39,495 nt of DNA from a virus (IMGVR_UViG_3300006182_000062:1-39495), one strand, 5' to 3'; positions 9,069 to 18,995 are shown, numbered from the stretch's first letter. Translations and numbers: made by a program. The notes: a model not told the origin generated them from the letters alone.

Positions 9069-9824
9069 ATGACCCTAGCTGCCTGCAAAGACTGCGCGGC
9101 CCAGATTTCCAACGACGCCGAGGCCTGCCCCCAGTGCGGTGCGCACAACGGCGCAGCGTTCAAGGCGCGGCGCATAAGCGGCCTGATCTACCTGGGCCTG
9201 ATCGGCCTGGCGTTCTACTGGGTATGGGGCCTGATGACCCCGAGCCCAGCGCCGAAAAGCGAAACGGCGATCGCGTACACCATCACCAAGGACGAGCAGC
9301 GGCCACAGTCGCCGCGCAAGGTCGAAGTGCTGCTGCCGCGACGCCTGTCTGACGCGGAGCTGGCGGAAGTCTCCGCAGCCGTGCGCGATGCCGCCGAGGC
9401 GTCACCCGAGAAGACATTCATCGGCTACCGGGTGGATGGCCAGACGGAGAGCGCCTACTGGGCCAACGCCAGCTTCGACCCGGCCTACAAAGCAAACGTG
9501 ATCGGCCTGTCGGCCGAGGGCTACCAGACGTTGGCCAACCTCGATCTCAGCGGTTACCCGGAAGTGCTCGGGCGCTGGTTGCGTGATGGCGCCCTGGGCC
9601 ACGCCATGGTGCTGTACAAGCAGGACGGCCAGTACGCCATCGACTCCTACTTCCAGGACGGCAGCAAGGGTACCGAGATCTACCAGTCCAAGCCGCTGCC
9701 GGACGGCGATCTGCGCCTGGAGCAGCCCAACGATTTTGGCGAGTTCTACGTCGTGAAGAAAGACGGCGCCCTGGAGGGCTGGAGCGAGAACGGCCGGTAC
9801 CTGACGCTGCCGAAACAGCCATAA
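9069..9824 (+). CDS. Zinc-ribbon + TM + extracytoplasmic domain protein, 251 aa
   Basis: CKDC...CPQC, then one hydrophobic helix ([19 protein letters not shown]); AAGGAG RBS. Confidence 0.75.
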   Translation: MTLAACKDCAAQISNDAEACPQCGAHNGAAFKARRISGLIYLGLIGLAFYWVWGLMTPSPAPKSETAIAYTITKDEQRPQSPRKVEVLLPRRLSDAELAEVSAAVRDAAEASPEKTFIGYRVDGQTESAYWANASFDPAYKANVIGLSAEGYQTLANLDLSGYPEVLGRWLRDGALGHAMVLYKQDGQYAIDSYFQDGSKGTEIYQSKPLPDGDLRLEQPNDFGEFYVVKKDGALEGWSENGRYLTLPKQP

Positions 9825-9930
9825 CCGAACCAGTCGCCCGAGAAGGCCGACGCAACACACACGGATCTCAGAATTAAGCGCTCGGTTGATATAGCGCTGA
9901 GAGGATGCCCGAGATGCTTAAGGATTACGC

Positions 9931-10995
9931 ATGACACCGTTTGACCTTATTTCCGCGCTGTATGAAAGAAATGTCTCCTTCGTTACATTTCGCAATGCAC
10001 TGAAGTCCGAGGAATTACCTACCTCTACGGGGTGGGAGGAGACCATAAAAAAGCTGGAGCCTATTGAGCGTGCCCATGACACCAAAGAAGCTTTTGCGGC
10101 CTCTATTCAAAAGATTCACGCGGATCTAACTCTCTACTGCGACAAAGCATTGAGAAGTTACAATCTTGAAGAAGATGTCGCGTACGCCTTATATGCTGCT
10201 CTTTCGGATGGTTTCGTAGAAGCCGACTCGCCATATGCTGAGGGCTTCCCGGCGCCTCTTAATCGCGAGCAACTTATTAGCGCTCCGCTCGATATATCGT
10301 GCGTTGCATCCTGGCCATTTGAGGGCGGGGAAAACTACCTATTCTGCTCGAAAATGTACCTGACAGAGAGGTCTGAAATTCCGGCGGACTCGCTAGCCGA
10401 TGAGGCCAGGGAAAGCCTCGGAACATTCGATTTCTTAGTTGGTGTCCGTAGGACACCTGTCCAGCTTTATGACTCTGTATGTGTGACTTTTTCTGAGCCT
10501 CGGCTTGAAATTCGCCTTGATGGCATCAAGCGATTTAATTCCGATGAAACTGAAAAGCGGCTGCGACGTATATTGCAGATAATTAAAAAACGATACCGCG
10601 AAGTTACTGGACAGCAACTCACGTTGCCAGCGCCGCGTAATTTTTTTCCGGCGCTTCAAGATTTGTATGCTAAACCTGACGGCGTTATTGGCGAGTTAGG
10701 TCATCTGACTGATGCGGCTGGCATCTACAAAGAAAAGATGAGACACAAGGCTAGAGATGTGCGCGCCGATCCATACCATAACGGTGGCGCAGAGGCGGTA
10801 GTAGACTTAAATATCTTCAGCATCTCTAAACATTGGTCGTCGCCATCTGGACATGGTTACCCGGAGGTCGCTATTCCCGCCCACTTTGCCGTTGCAAGTG
10901 AACAAGACCCCAAAATAACGGTCATACATGTGCTAAATTGCGCTTCTAAAGAAGACTACGATTTTGTGATGGAAAAGGTGATCTGCGAAGAATGA
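9931..10995 (+). CDS. Hypothetical accessory protein, 354 aa (gene 1 of 3)
   Basis: Long ORF, visibly lower GC, AAGGA RBS, ATGA-coupled to the next gene. Confidence 0.85.
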   Translation: MTPFDLISALYERNVSFVTFRNALKSEELPTSTGWEETIKKLEPIERAHDTKEAFAASIQKIHADLTLYCDKALRSYNLEEDVAYALYAALSDGFVEADSPYAEGFPAPLNREQLISAPLDISCVASWPFEGGENYLFCSKMYLTERSEIPADSLADEARESLGTFDFLVGVRRTPVQLYDSVCVTFSEPRLEIRLDGIKRFNSDETEKRLRRILQIIKKRYREVTGQQLTLPAPRNFFPALQDLYAKPDGVIGELGHLTDAAGIYKEKMRHKARDVRADPYHNGGAEAVVDLNIFSISKHWSSPSGHGYPEVAIPAHFAVASEQDPKITVIHVLNCASKEDYDFVMEKVICEE

Positions 10996-11387
10996 GCAAA
11001 GACAGCGTGTTCGGCTTGTTGCATGAGGATTGCTCCGGCGAAATGCTGGAAGCATCTCTGCGCTTGGCTGATTACGTATTCTCTAATCATTCCGATATAC
11101 ATCACTTGACGTTTAAAAGACTCGGTCAGATCGCAAATTCAAATGACCCGCGATTGGTGCTTTCGCTTGTTCAGTATTTGACTGGTTCGAAAGTGCAACT
11201 GTTGGATGCTAGATTCGAGTTGATAGTGGATGACCGCATCTCGATTATTGATGATGAAGACTTGGCTGAGGCCGAGCGCACTAATGTCCTGAACGATCCT
11301 GAAACTGGAGAGCCAGTTCAGGACTACAAAAGCAAAGTGTTTCCATATTTTGTCCCCGGTAGAGCTGTAACTGGGGGAAGTCTTTGA
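10992..11387 (+). CDS. Hypothetical acidic accessory protein, 131 aa (gene 2 of 3)
   Basis: Coupled at both ends (ATGA, TGATG). Confidence 0.85.
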   Translation: MSKDSVFGLLHEDCSGEMLEASLRLADYVFSNHSDIHHLTFKRLGQIANSNDPRLVLSLVQYLTGSKVQLLDARFELIVDDRISIIDDEDLAEAERTNVLNDPETGEPVQDYKSKVFPYFVPGRAVTGGSL

Positions 11388-12064
11388 TGTCTAAAACGCT
11401 TGGCGAATATTCGCTTAATGATATCGCAGCTATTGGTCAGCATATCCCGGGCGTTGGGAATTGGCCCCGCAGGCTCCTCGCTAATTCGTATGAAGATTTC
11501 GTGCAGGTCCTCTACGATGACATTGACAGCATTGTGGCTGAGCTGCAGCTTAACCCAGAACTGGTAGCGGATGATGGCGAAGACCGCCTTTCCGTAGAGC
11601 TTAAGCGTACCCTTAAACATATGGGATATATCGCCACGCATGACGAAAAAATCGGTGGTCACTCGGATATTGTAGTTAAGAATAGTAGAAACTTCTTGTG
11701 GATTGGTGAGGCGAAGGTTCATTCGTCGTATGACTATCTCTATCAAGGATTTCAGCAGTTAACTACGCGTTATAGTACGGGCGATAAAAACCAAGATCGT
11801 GGCGGAATGCTTATTTATATCCGTACTATGGATGCTGCGGGCGTGATCGCTCAATGGCGCGAGCATCTTCGCAGTAAAGAACTGATCGATTATTCTGAAG
11901 CGGATTGTGCAACCAGAGCGGCTTTTACTTTTTTCACGACCCATAAACATGAACGATCCGGACAACCCTTCCACGTTAGGCATGTCGGTATTATTCTCGG
12001 GTTTGATCCTAAGGACCGCCGGAAAAGGCATGCAAAGAAAGGTTCTGTAGCGAAAGCGGATTGA
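11387..12064 (+). CDS. Putative PD-(D/E)XK restriction-endonuclease-fold nuclease (gene 3 of 3)
   Basis: ED...GHSDIVV...WIGEAK...GFQQL..RY motif; TGATG overlap with gene 2. Confidence 0.72.
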   Translation: MSKTLGEYSLNDIAAIGQHIPGVGNWPRRLLANSYEDFVQVLYDDIDSIVAELQLNPELVADDGEDRLSVELKRTLKHMGYIATHDEKIGGHSDIVVKNSRNFLWIGEAKVHSSYDYLYQGFQQLTTRYSTGDKNQDRGGMLIYIRTMDAAGVIAQWREHLRSKELIDYSEADCATRAAFTFFTTHKHERSGQPFHVRHVGIILGFDPKDRRKRHAKKGSVAKAD

Positions 12065-12226
12065 TTTCACCCTCGCGTCAGCGGCTCGAAAAAAAACACC
12101 GTATCTTCAGATTATGTTAGCCCGCCGCCATCTGTGCCTTCAAAAGTGACTTTCGGATGCAAACGCTGGGCGCTTTTCATATCTCGCGTCGAAGCTAAGG
12201 TCATGACTCACTGCCATTAACGGAGT

Positions 12227-12415
12227 ATGCAGATGAGTTGCGAGGTAGCTGTTGCGGTTGCGTCAGAGATCAACGGGGCGAGCGTGCCCGAGCCTGTGGC
12301 GCTGACGGCCGAGGAATGGATGATCGTCCGGTTCTACCGTGGCCTTGATGAGCATGACCAAGCCTGGATGCGGCGGATGCTCTCTGCCCTGGCGGCGCGA
12401 CCGAAACCTGACTGA
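12227..12415 (+). CDS. 62-aa protein resembling the repressor C-terminal domain
   Basis: GGAG RBS; LTAEEWMIVRFYRGLDEHDQ...SALA aligns to the repressor C-terminus. Confidence 0.65.
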   Translation: MQMSCEVAVAVASEINGASVPEPVALTAEEWMIVRFYRGLDEHDQAWMRRMLSALAARPKPD

Positions 12416-12421
12416 TATGAG

Positions 12422-12444
12422 AAGGCCCCTTTACGGGGCCTTTT
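12422..12444 (+). terminator. Intrinsic terminator, possibly bidirectional
   Basis: AAGGCCCC-TTTAC-GGGGCCTTTT between convergent genes. Confidence 0.6.
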
Positions 12445-13696
12445 GCGATTCCTGCAACCGCTTCCACTCCCGATCCACTGCCCGCTGGGCATTGGCCTTG
12501 CTCGCGTAGAGGTGCGTCAGGCGCTTGGGCTTGGTCTGGTCGCCAGCGGTGAGTTTCTTCTGCTCGCCCGTTTTCTCCTCCCGGTACCAGGCGACGACCC
12601 CGGTGTAGTCGCCGTCGTGGTCGGCCAGCAGATCCACGTCATCGCCGTCGGGCAGCTTAGACTCCAGCTCCAGGCTGGTGGTGTAGCTGTCCGGCGTGAA
12701 GCTGTGGCGCAGATTGCCGCCCAGCCAGACGATGGCCGCGATCTCGGCCTTGACGCCGAGCAGGCTGTAGGTCTGGTCGGGGGTCAACTCCGGGCGCCCT
12801 TTGGCCAGCATGTAGCTGAGCGTGGCGGTCCCGCGCTGCAGGCGGCCCCACTCGGCGCGGGCGGCGCGCAGGGCGCTGGCCTGGTCGGTGTAGCTGTGGC
12901 GCAGCTCCTTGAGGTTGTCGCCGCCGCCGGCGATGGCCTCCTTCTTCTCCGCGCTGTTGATCTCGTAGTAGTACGCCTTGACGCCGGTATAGCTGTCGCG
13001 GTCGGCCTGCAGGAAGCGGTGCTGGTCGCCGTCGGCCCGCGTGAGGGTGACGTGGGGCAGGCTCAGGCCGCTGGCGGTGGTGCTCTTGCCGGCCGGCATG
13101 AACAGCAGGCGCCCGGCCTTCACGGTGCTGATGGCGTCGTGCTGCAGGCCCAGGCGGCTGAGCAGGTTGGCGTCGCTCTCGTTGGCCTGGTCCAGGTGCA
13201 GCAGCTCGATGGCCGCCAGGATGGGGCTGACCACGGGCGCAAGGCCATGAGCGGAGGCGATCGAGGCGATGATCGCGCCGAGGGTTGCACCGTTCCAGCT
13301 GCGTTCGCGCTTGACCTTGAGCCCGCCGCGCAGGTCCGCGCTGCGGGCGCGGATGCTGAGCACGTCCGGCGCGCCGCTGTGTTCGGTTTCGTCGACGGTG
13401 TAGCTGCCCTTGTCGACCAGGCCGGTATCGCTCCAGCCCAGCCACAGCCGCACGGTGGCGCCCCTGGGCGGGATGGCCAGCAGGCCGTCGTGGTCGCTGA
13501 GGGTGATGTCGAGCTGGTCGGCCTCCATGCCGCGGTTGTCGGTCAGCTCGATGCTGACCAGGCGCTGCTCGATGTCGAGGGTGATGTCGCGGCCGTTGAC
13601 CATCACGCGGCAGATCGGCTTGGGGTAGGACGTCGCCTCGCGGTAGCGGTTGGCCGCGTCACCGAGCAGCGCGCCGGCTTGGCTGAGCAGGCTCAC
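12431..13696 (-). CDS. P2 gpD-like tail/baseplate hub (late control D) protein
   Basis: LTDNRGMEADQLDITLSD and DQANESDANLLSRL motifs; synteny. Confidence 0.92.
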   Translation of the reverse strand: MSLLSQAGALLGDAANRYREATSYPKPICRVMVNGRDITLDIEQRLVSIELTDNRGMEADQLDITLSDHDGLLAIPPRGATVRLWLGWSDTGLVDKGSYTVDETEHSGAPDVLSIRARSADLRGGLKVKRERSWNGATLGAIIASIASAHGLAPVVSPILAAIELLHLDQANESDANLLSRLGLQHDAISTVKAGRLLFMPAGKSTTASGLSLPHVTLTRADGDQHRFLQADRDSYTGVKAYYYEINSAEKKEAIAGGGDNLKELRHSYTDQASALRAARAEWGRLQRGTATLSYMLAKGRPELTPDQTYSLLGVKAEIAAIVWLGGNLRHSFTPDSYTTSLELESKLPDGDDVDLLADHDGDYTGVVAWYREEKTGEQKKLTAGDQTKPKRLTHLYASKANAQRAVDREWKRLQESQKAP

Positions 13697-14133
13697 AGCA
13701 GCCCCCGCAGGATGCCGCCGATGCTGCCGGTGAGGCTGCCCAGCAGGTCGACGCGGCCGTCATCGATGCGGCTCAGTTTGAGGTTGAACTCGATGCGGCG
13801 CGCGGCGCCGTCACGGAAGAACAGCGTTCGCGTCTCGCTGAGCGACTCGATCACCCACAGGCCGAAGATCCGGCCGTCACCTTGCACCAGGGGCCAGGCT
13901 TTGCCGGTGTCGGCCATCGTGCGCAGGGTGTCGAGGCTGAGGGGGCTACCAGCCAGCGCCGGCAGCAGTACGCCGGGCAGGGTGATGCTGTCCTCACCGC
14001 GGCCCAGGTACTGGCGCGCCGGGTTGGTGCCGATGCGGCTGGTGGAGCCGTGGCGCCAGTCCGTCTGCCGTTGGAACTCCTGGTAGGCCAGGGTCTCCAG
14101 GCTGAACACGAACATGCCGAGGGCCATCATCAT
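13693..14133 (-). CDS. P2 gpU-like tail protein
   Basis: MMMALGMFVFSL...QYLGRGEDSITLPG...RRIEFNLKL. Confidence 0.92.
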   Translation of the reverse strand: MMMALGMFVFSLETLAYQEFQRQTDWRHGSTSRIGTNPARQYLGRGEDSITLPGVLLPALAGSPLSLDTLRTMADTGKAWPLVQGDGRIFGLWVIESLSETRTLFFRDGAARRIEFNLKLSRIDDGRVDLLGSLTGSIGGILRGLL

Positions 14134-14139
14134 GGGGTG

Positions 14140-16725
14140 TTACTCCTGATCGCCAAGGGCCGAACGCACGCGGGCAGCCTTGCCGCGCTCGCGCTCGTCC
14201 AGCAGCTGGTTGAACATCTGGCGCAGGCCTGCGGTGTCGGTACCGGGCGCCGCGTGGATGGTGATCTGGTAGGTGTCGCCCTGGACGACCATGGGCGCGC
14301 TGCTCGCTGCGGCGGATAGCGGCGGGCGGTTGTCCATGGCCATCGCCGGGCCGCTCATGCCGAAGCTGACTGCGCCGGCGGCTGCCAGCTGTTTGGCCAT
14401 GGCGGTGACGGCGCCCAGCGGGCCGCCCTGGCCGCCCACCAGCCCCTGCTCCAGGCCCTGCATGGTGAAACCGCCCAGCTCGGCGAACACGCGCGACGGC
14501 GAGTGGATGCCCAGCTTCTCCTTGAACCAGCCGACGGTGCTGTCGCCGACGCCGCTGATGGCGGCCTTGACGGCGCCGAGCTTGTTCTTGATGCCGTTGA
14601 CCAGCCCGTCCAGGATCATGCCGCCGAAGTCGGAGAACTTGGCCGGTAGCTCGACGCCGAAGTAGCCCATCAGGCCGGCGAAGGCGCGGTAGAACAGGCC
14701 CAGCGGGGAGAAGTTGAGGATCAGCGTGGCGATGCCACCGAGGCCGCCGGCGAAGCCCTGCTTGATCTCCGCCCACAGGCCCAGGAAGAACGCCTTGACC
14801 GGCTCCCAGTTCCGGTAGATCAGGTAAGCCGCCGCAGCGATGGCCGTCACGGCCACCCCGATGGGGTTCATCATCAGCGCTCGGCCGATGAACAGGATTG
14901 CCTTGCCCACCATCGGCAGCACGGCCTTGCCCAGGTTGAGCAGAACGGTACCCAGGCTCGCGCCCTTGATGCCGAACAGCGTCAGCGCGTAGCGCGCCAT
15001 GGCGAACGGGCCGAGGAAGCTGGCCAGGCCCAGGGTGACGGCGCCGAAGCCAGCCGCCAGTGCTGCCACGCCGGCCACGGTCTTGATGATCTGCCCGGCG
15101 AGCTCCGGGTTGGCCTTGACCCAGTCGGTCACCCGGCCGATCACGCTGTTGAAACTCTCGAACAGCTCCACCAGCGTGGGGCGCAGGGTTTCGCCCAAGG
15201 TCGCCGAGAGGTTGAAGGCGCGGTTCTTGGCCATGTCCATGCGGGCCGACAGCAGCTCGGCACGGATGTCCGCTTCGCGCTGCATGGAGCCCGCGCCGGC
15301 GGTGGAGTTGGCCATGTCCAGCTGACGCCGGTACTCGCCGATGTTCTGGGCCAGCTTGGCGGCGTCGTCGCCGAACTCCTTGCCGAACAGCTGCGTCGTG
15401 ACGCCGAGCTGCTCGGCCTTGGGCAGCTTGTTGATGGCGTCCAGGACCTGCTGCAGCGTGCCCGTTGCATTCTCGGCCATGCCGCTCTGCAGCGCCTCGG
15501 CCTCGAGCCCGAGCGCCTTGAGCCCTGCCTGGAAGCGCTTGGGCTGCTGGGTGGCGATCGCCAGCTCGCGGATCATCGCGTTGGTGGCGGTGCCGGCCAC
15601 CTCGGCGGTGGCGCCCAGGGTGAGGAAGGTGGAGCCCAGGGCGGCGGCGTCCTTGTAGCTCATGCCCACCGAGGCAGTGACGCCCGCGGTGCGCTGCAGT
15701 ACCTCGATGATGTCCGCGCCCTTCGACTTGGCGTTGTCGTCCAGGTAGTTGATGGCGTCGCCCAGCTGGCTGACGTTCTGGATCGGGATCTTGTACAGGT
15801 CGGCGATGCGTGCAAGGTTCTCGCCGATCTGGTCGGCCGGCAGCTCGAACGCGGTGGCGGCATTGGCGGCCACCTCGGCGAACGCCAGCAGGTTGTCCTT
15901 GCCGGACACCCCCATGCGCGCCGCGCCTTCCACCAGGGCGGCGATCTCGGTGGTGGCCATGGGGATGCGCTCGGCCATGGCCTTGATGGCGTCTGCCATC
16001 TCGAAGTAGGTGCTGGTGAGCTGCCCGTTGCCGTCGCGCGCGCCTTCCACCTGCTTGGCCACGCCGGCCATGGCGTCCTCGAAGCCCATGTAGCTCTTCA
16101 CGGTGCTGAGCACCGGAACGCCCATGGCGGCCCCTGCCGCGGCAGAGCCTGCACCGGCGCCGGCCATGCTGCCGGCGAGCTGCTGCGTCTTGTCGTACTG
16201 CGCCCGGGCCATTGCGAGCTGCTTGGTCTGCGCGGTCAGGCGCTGCATGCGCCGGCCCTGCTCGGTGATGGTCTGGTTGGTTTGCTCGATGCGTTGGCGC
16301 AGGTCGCGCTCGTGCTGGCTGAGATTGCGCGTGCTGATGCCGGCGGCACCGAGCTTGTTGCGCAGGCCCTGGAGCTGCACCTGTTGTTCCTGGTGCTGCC
16401 GCTTGAGGGCGGTGGCTTCGCGGATGGCGCCCTTGAGGTCGCGGGTCATCTGCCGGGTGGGCACGCCAGTGGCAGCCAGGTCTTTGCCGAGAGCCTTCAC
16501 GCGCTCGCGGGCGGCCTGCAGGGCGGTTTCGGTCTGCTCGCTCGCGGCGCGCAGGGTGCGCCAGCTGCTGACGTCGCGCTGCTGCGCTTGCAGCGTCTTG
16601 AGCTGGTCGCGGGAGTCCTTGAGGGCGCGGCCGAGGCCGACGCTCCCCTGGGTGATGGCGCGGATCGGCCGGGTGGCTCGGTCAATGGCCTGGAGGATCA
16701 CCTCCATTTTCAAGTCATTGGCCAT
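14140..16725 (-). CDS. Tail tape measure protein (gpT), 861 aa
   Basis: Coiled-coil and Ala/Gly-rich with TP901-type core; LGIHSPSRVF; synteny. Confidence 0.93.
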   Translation of the reverse strand: MANDLKMEVILQAIDRATRPIRAITQGSVGLGRALKDSRDQLKTLQAQQRDVSSWRTLRAASEQTETALQAARERVKALGKDLAATGVPTRQMTRDLKGAIREATALKRQHQEQQVQLQGLRNKLGAAGISTRNLSQHERDLRQRIEQTNQTITEQGRRMQRLTAQTKQLAMARAQYDKTQQLAGSMAGAGAGSAAAGAAMGVPVLSTVKSYMGFEDAMAGVAKQVEGARDGNGQLTSTYFEMADAIKAMAERIPMATTEIAALVEGAARMGVSGKDNLLAFAEVAANAATAFELPADQIGENLARIADLYKIPIQNVSQLGDAINYLDDNAKSKGADIIEVLQRTAGVTASVGMSYKDAAALGSTFLTLGATAEVAGTATNAMIRELAIATQQPKRFQAGLKALGLEAEALQSGMAENATGTLQQVLDAINKLPKAEQLGVTTQLFGKEFGDDAAKLAQNIGEYRRQLDMANSTAGAGSMQREADIRAELLSARMDMAKNRAFNLSATLGETLRPTLVELFESFNSVIGRVTDWVKANPELAGQIIKTVAGVAALAAGFGAVTLGLASFLGPFAMARYALTLFGIKGASLGTVLLNLGKAVLPMVGKAILFIGRALMMNPIGVAVTAIAAAAYLIYRNWEPVKAFFLGLWAEIKQGFAGGLGGIATLILNFSPLGLFYRAFAGLMGYFGVELPAKFSDFGGMILDGLVNGIKNKLGAVKAAISGVGDSTVGWFKEKLGIHSPSRVFAELGGFTMQGLEQGLVGGQGGPLGAVTAMAKQLAAAGAVSFGMSGPAMAMDNRPPLSAAASSAPMVVQGDTYQITIHAAPGTDTAGLRQMFNQLLDERERGKAARVRSALGDQE

Positions 16726-16837
16726 GCTTCAGCTCCCAGCGTGTTCTGGCCCGCTCGCGCCATTCGATCAGATCAGAAAGGGCCAGCGGGTCCATGTCCG
16801 CCGGCGCCCAGTGAAAGACCACGGCCAGGTCGGCCAT
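16715..16837 (-). CDS. gpE' frameshift extension of the tail chaperone
   Basis: Manually translated MADLAVVFHWAPADMDPLALSDLIEWRERAR; in the -1 frame relative to gpE. Confidence 0.85.
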   Translation of the reverse strand: MADLAVVFHWAPADMDPLALSDLIEWRERARTRWELKHGQ

Positions 16838-16845
16838 GGCGTCTT

Positions 16846-17175
16846 CTACGCAACGAGGGCAGCTTCCTTCGCCGACTTCTGCAGCAAAAAACCGGACACC
16901 GCGACGCCGCAGGCCATCAGGTCGGCCGGGTCCATGGCGCCGATCTCGTGATCGGTGAGGTTGGGGGTGCTGATGCGCGGCAGCACCTTGCGCAGGGCGA
17001 GGACGTCCATCTGCACCAGGTCGACCAGGGTGACGCCGCGCAGCTCGCCGCTCATGGGCTTGCGCAGGGTGATGGTGTCGTGGGAGGTCTCGCCGCGCTT
17101 GATCGGCGTGTCGAGGGTGATGACGGCCTCGTTGGGGTTCTTGGGCTTTTCGGCGGTGGTCTCGGTGGTTTCCAT
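16846..17175 (-). CDS. Tail assembly chaperone gpE, 109 aa
   Basis: ITLDTPIKRGE...LRKP.SGELRG...LPRISTP; start METTET after AAGGAG. Confidence 0.9.
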   Translation of the reverse strand: METTETTAEKPKNPNEAVITLDTPIKRGETSHDTITLRKPMSGELRGVTLVDLVQMDVLALRKVLPRISTPNLTDHEIGAMDPADLMACGVAVSGFLLQKSAKEAALVA

Positions 17176-17259
17176 GGGGTTGCTCCTTGGTTGCGTTGTG
17201 GCCGCCAGCAGGGGCGCTGCTGACGGGTTGCGGAAAGGGGGGCGCTGGCTGTGCACGGC

Positions 17260-17775
17260 TTAGATGCCGAGGGCCTTGCGGTGCTCGGCCAGGCGGTCTT
17301 CACCGTCGACGATGTAGACGAAGTTGAGCAGGTCGATCTCGATGAGGACCTCACCGTCGACGCTGAGCTTGTAGTAGGTCAGGGCGGTGGTGATCTTGTG
17401 CTCGGTGTCTTCGCCGGGCTCGGCGTCGCCGAAGTCGATCTCTTCATGCCGGCCGCGGGTGACGATCTCCACGGCGCTGACTTCGCCGGTGTCGTCGCGC
17501 TGCACCGAGCCGGAGAAGCGCAGCTGCACGCCGTCGACCCGGGTGGCGCCGAACTGGCGCACGGCGATCAGATCCCAGCCGCCGAGGGTCCACTCCAGCT
17601 GCAGGCCGTCGTCGCTGTGGCCCATGTCGACCTTGACCGGGCCGTCCATGCCGCCGCCCCGGTAGGCCTCCAGCTTGCGACCGAGAACCGGCAGGGTGAC
17701 GGCTTTGGCGATGCCGAGGTAGCTGTTGCCGTCGTTGAACAGATTGAGGTGCTTGAGTTTCTTGGGCAGGGCCAT
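17260..17775 (-). CDS. Major tail tube protein (gpFII)
   Basis: MALPKKLKHLNLFNDG...YRGGGMDG. Confidence 0.95.
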   Translation of the reverse strand: MALPKKLKHLNLFNDGNSYLGIAKAVTLPVLGRKLEAYRGGGMDGPVKVDMGHSDDGLQLEWTLGGWDLIAVRQFGATRVDGVQLRFSGSVQRDDTGEVSAVEIVTRGRHEEIDFGDAEPGEDTEHKITTALTYYKLSVDGEVLIEIDLLNFVYIVDGEDRLAEHRKALGI

Positions 17776-17822
17776 GGTCGGGCTCTCCTACGGCGCGGCC
17801 GGGGCCGCGCGGGTCAATGGGG

Positions 17823-18995
17823 TCAGGCGGTGATGCCGGCGGCGAAGTCGATCAGGTAGCGGTCGGTGATGCGCTGGCGCAGCAGGAGGTTCTCCAGCGG
17901 CGGCACGGGGGTGTAGTCGTAGTCCAGGAACAGCTTGCCGGCCTTGAGGGTGTCCTTGTCGTTGGCCGCCTCATCGAACCAGCACTGGCCGTCGATGATG
18001 TAGCCGCCGCGCTTGAGCTCGCGGAACTTGGCGTTGATGCCCTCGACGATGTCGCGTACCAGCGAGGCGTGCATGGGCTTATCCACCGCCCAGAAGTGCC
18101 CCTCGGCCATGGTGTCTGCCAGCACCTGGGCGGTGCGGGTGTAGTTCTCGAAGGCGAACAGCGGGTCGGCGCTGCAGGTGCGCGAGCCCCAGAAGCGGAA
18201 GCCGTCACGGCGGATCAGCGTGGTGACCTCGTCGGCATTGAGCAGGCCGGCGTCGGTAGCGGGATTCTGCAGGTCGAAGTAGATGTCCTTGCTCAGGCCC
18301 GACACGCCGTTGACCGGCACGTTGGACAGGGTCTTGTGCCAGCCGACCTGCTCGTCCAGCTTGGCGCGCAGGCCCAGGGCGCGGGCGATGGCGCTGGCCG
18401 GTGCGTTGGCGTTCGCGGTGGTGTCCCAGGAGACGAAGTCCGGCCAGATGAGCATCAGTTCACGCGCACCGAAGCCGGCGCGGTAGGCCAGGGCCTCGGA
18501 TACGGTCTCGCAGCCGTAGGCGTTGGCGTAGGCGAAGCCGCGTAGCTTCTCGGAGATCGCCACCAGCTCAGTGGTGACCGCCAGCGAATCGAGCCCAGGC
18601 ACGCCGAGGATGCGCGGTTTGACGCCGAGCTGGGCCTCAGCGGCAAGCAGCGCCTTCATGCCCTGGTATTCGCCGGACGCGCTCACGCCGCCGATGATGT
18701 TGCTGGTGGTCTCGGCCTCGGTGGCGCCCTCTTCCACGCGCACCACGACGGTGACGGGCGATGCCTGGTCCGCGATGGCATCCAGGCTACGCGCCAAGGT
18801 GCCTTGCTCGCCGGCGGAACCGGAGGCGGTGAGCACGTCAGTGAGCAGTACGGGCTTGTTGAGGGGGAACTTGACCGCATCGGCATCGGACGCGGTGCAG
18901 ACCATGCCCACCACGGCGGTGGAAACGGTGCGAATGGGGCGCGTGCCCTCGTTGATTTCGAGGACGCGGACGCCGTGATGGTAATCGGTCGACAT
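17823..18995 (-). CDS. Tail sheath protein (gpFI)
   Basis: YHHGVRVLEINEG...GFRFWGSRT...DYDYTPVPPLENL. Confidence 0.95.
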   Translation of the reverse strand: MSTDYHHGVRVLEINEGTRPIRTVSTAVVGMVCTASDADAVKFPLNKPVLLTDVLTASGSAGEQGTLARSLDAIADQASPVTVVVRVEEGATEAETTSNIIGGVSASGEYQGMKALLAAEAQLGVKPRILGVPGLDSLAVTTELVAISEKLRGFAYANAYGCETVSEALAYRAGFGARELMLIWPDFVSWDTTANANAPASAIARALGLRAKLDEQVGWHKTLSNVPVNGVSGLSKDIYFDLQNPATDAGLLNADEVTTLIRRDGFRFWGSRTCSADPLFAFENYTRTAQVLADTMAEGHFWAVDKPMHASLVRDIVEGINAKFRELKRGGYIIDGQCWFDEAANDKDTLKAGKLFLDYDYTPVPPLENLLLRQRITDRYLIDFAAGITA

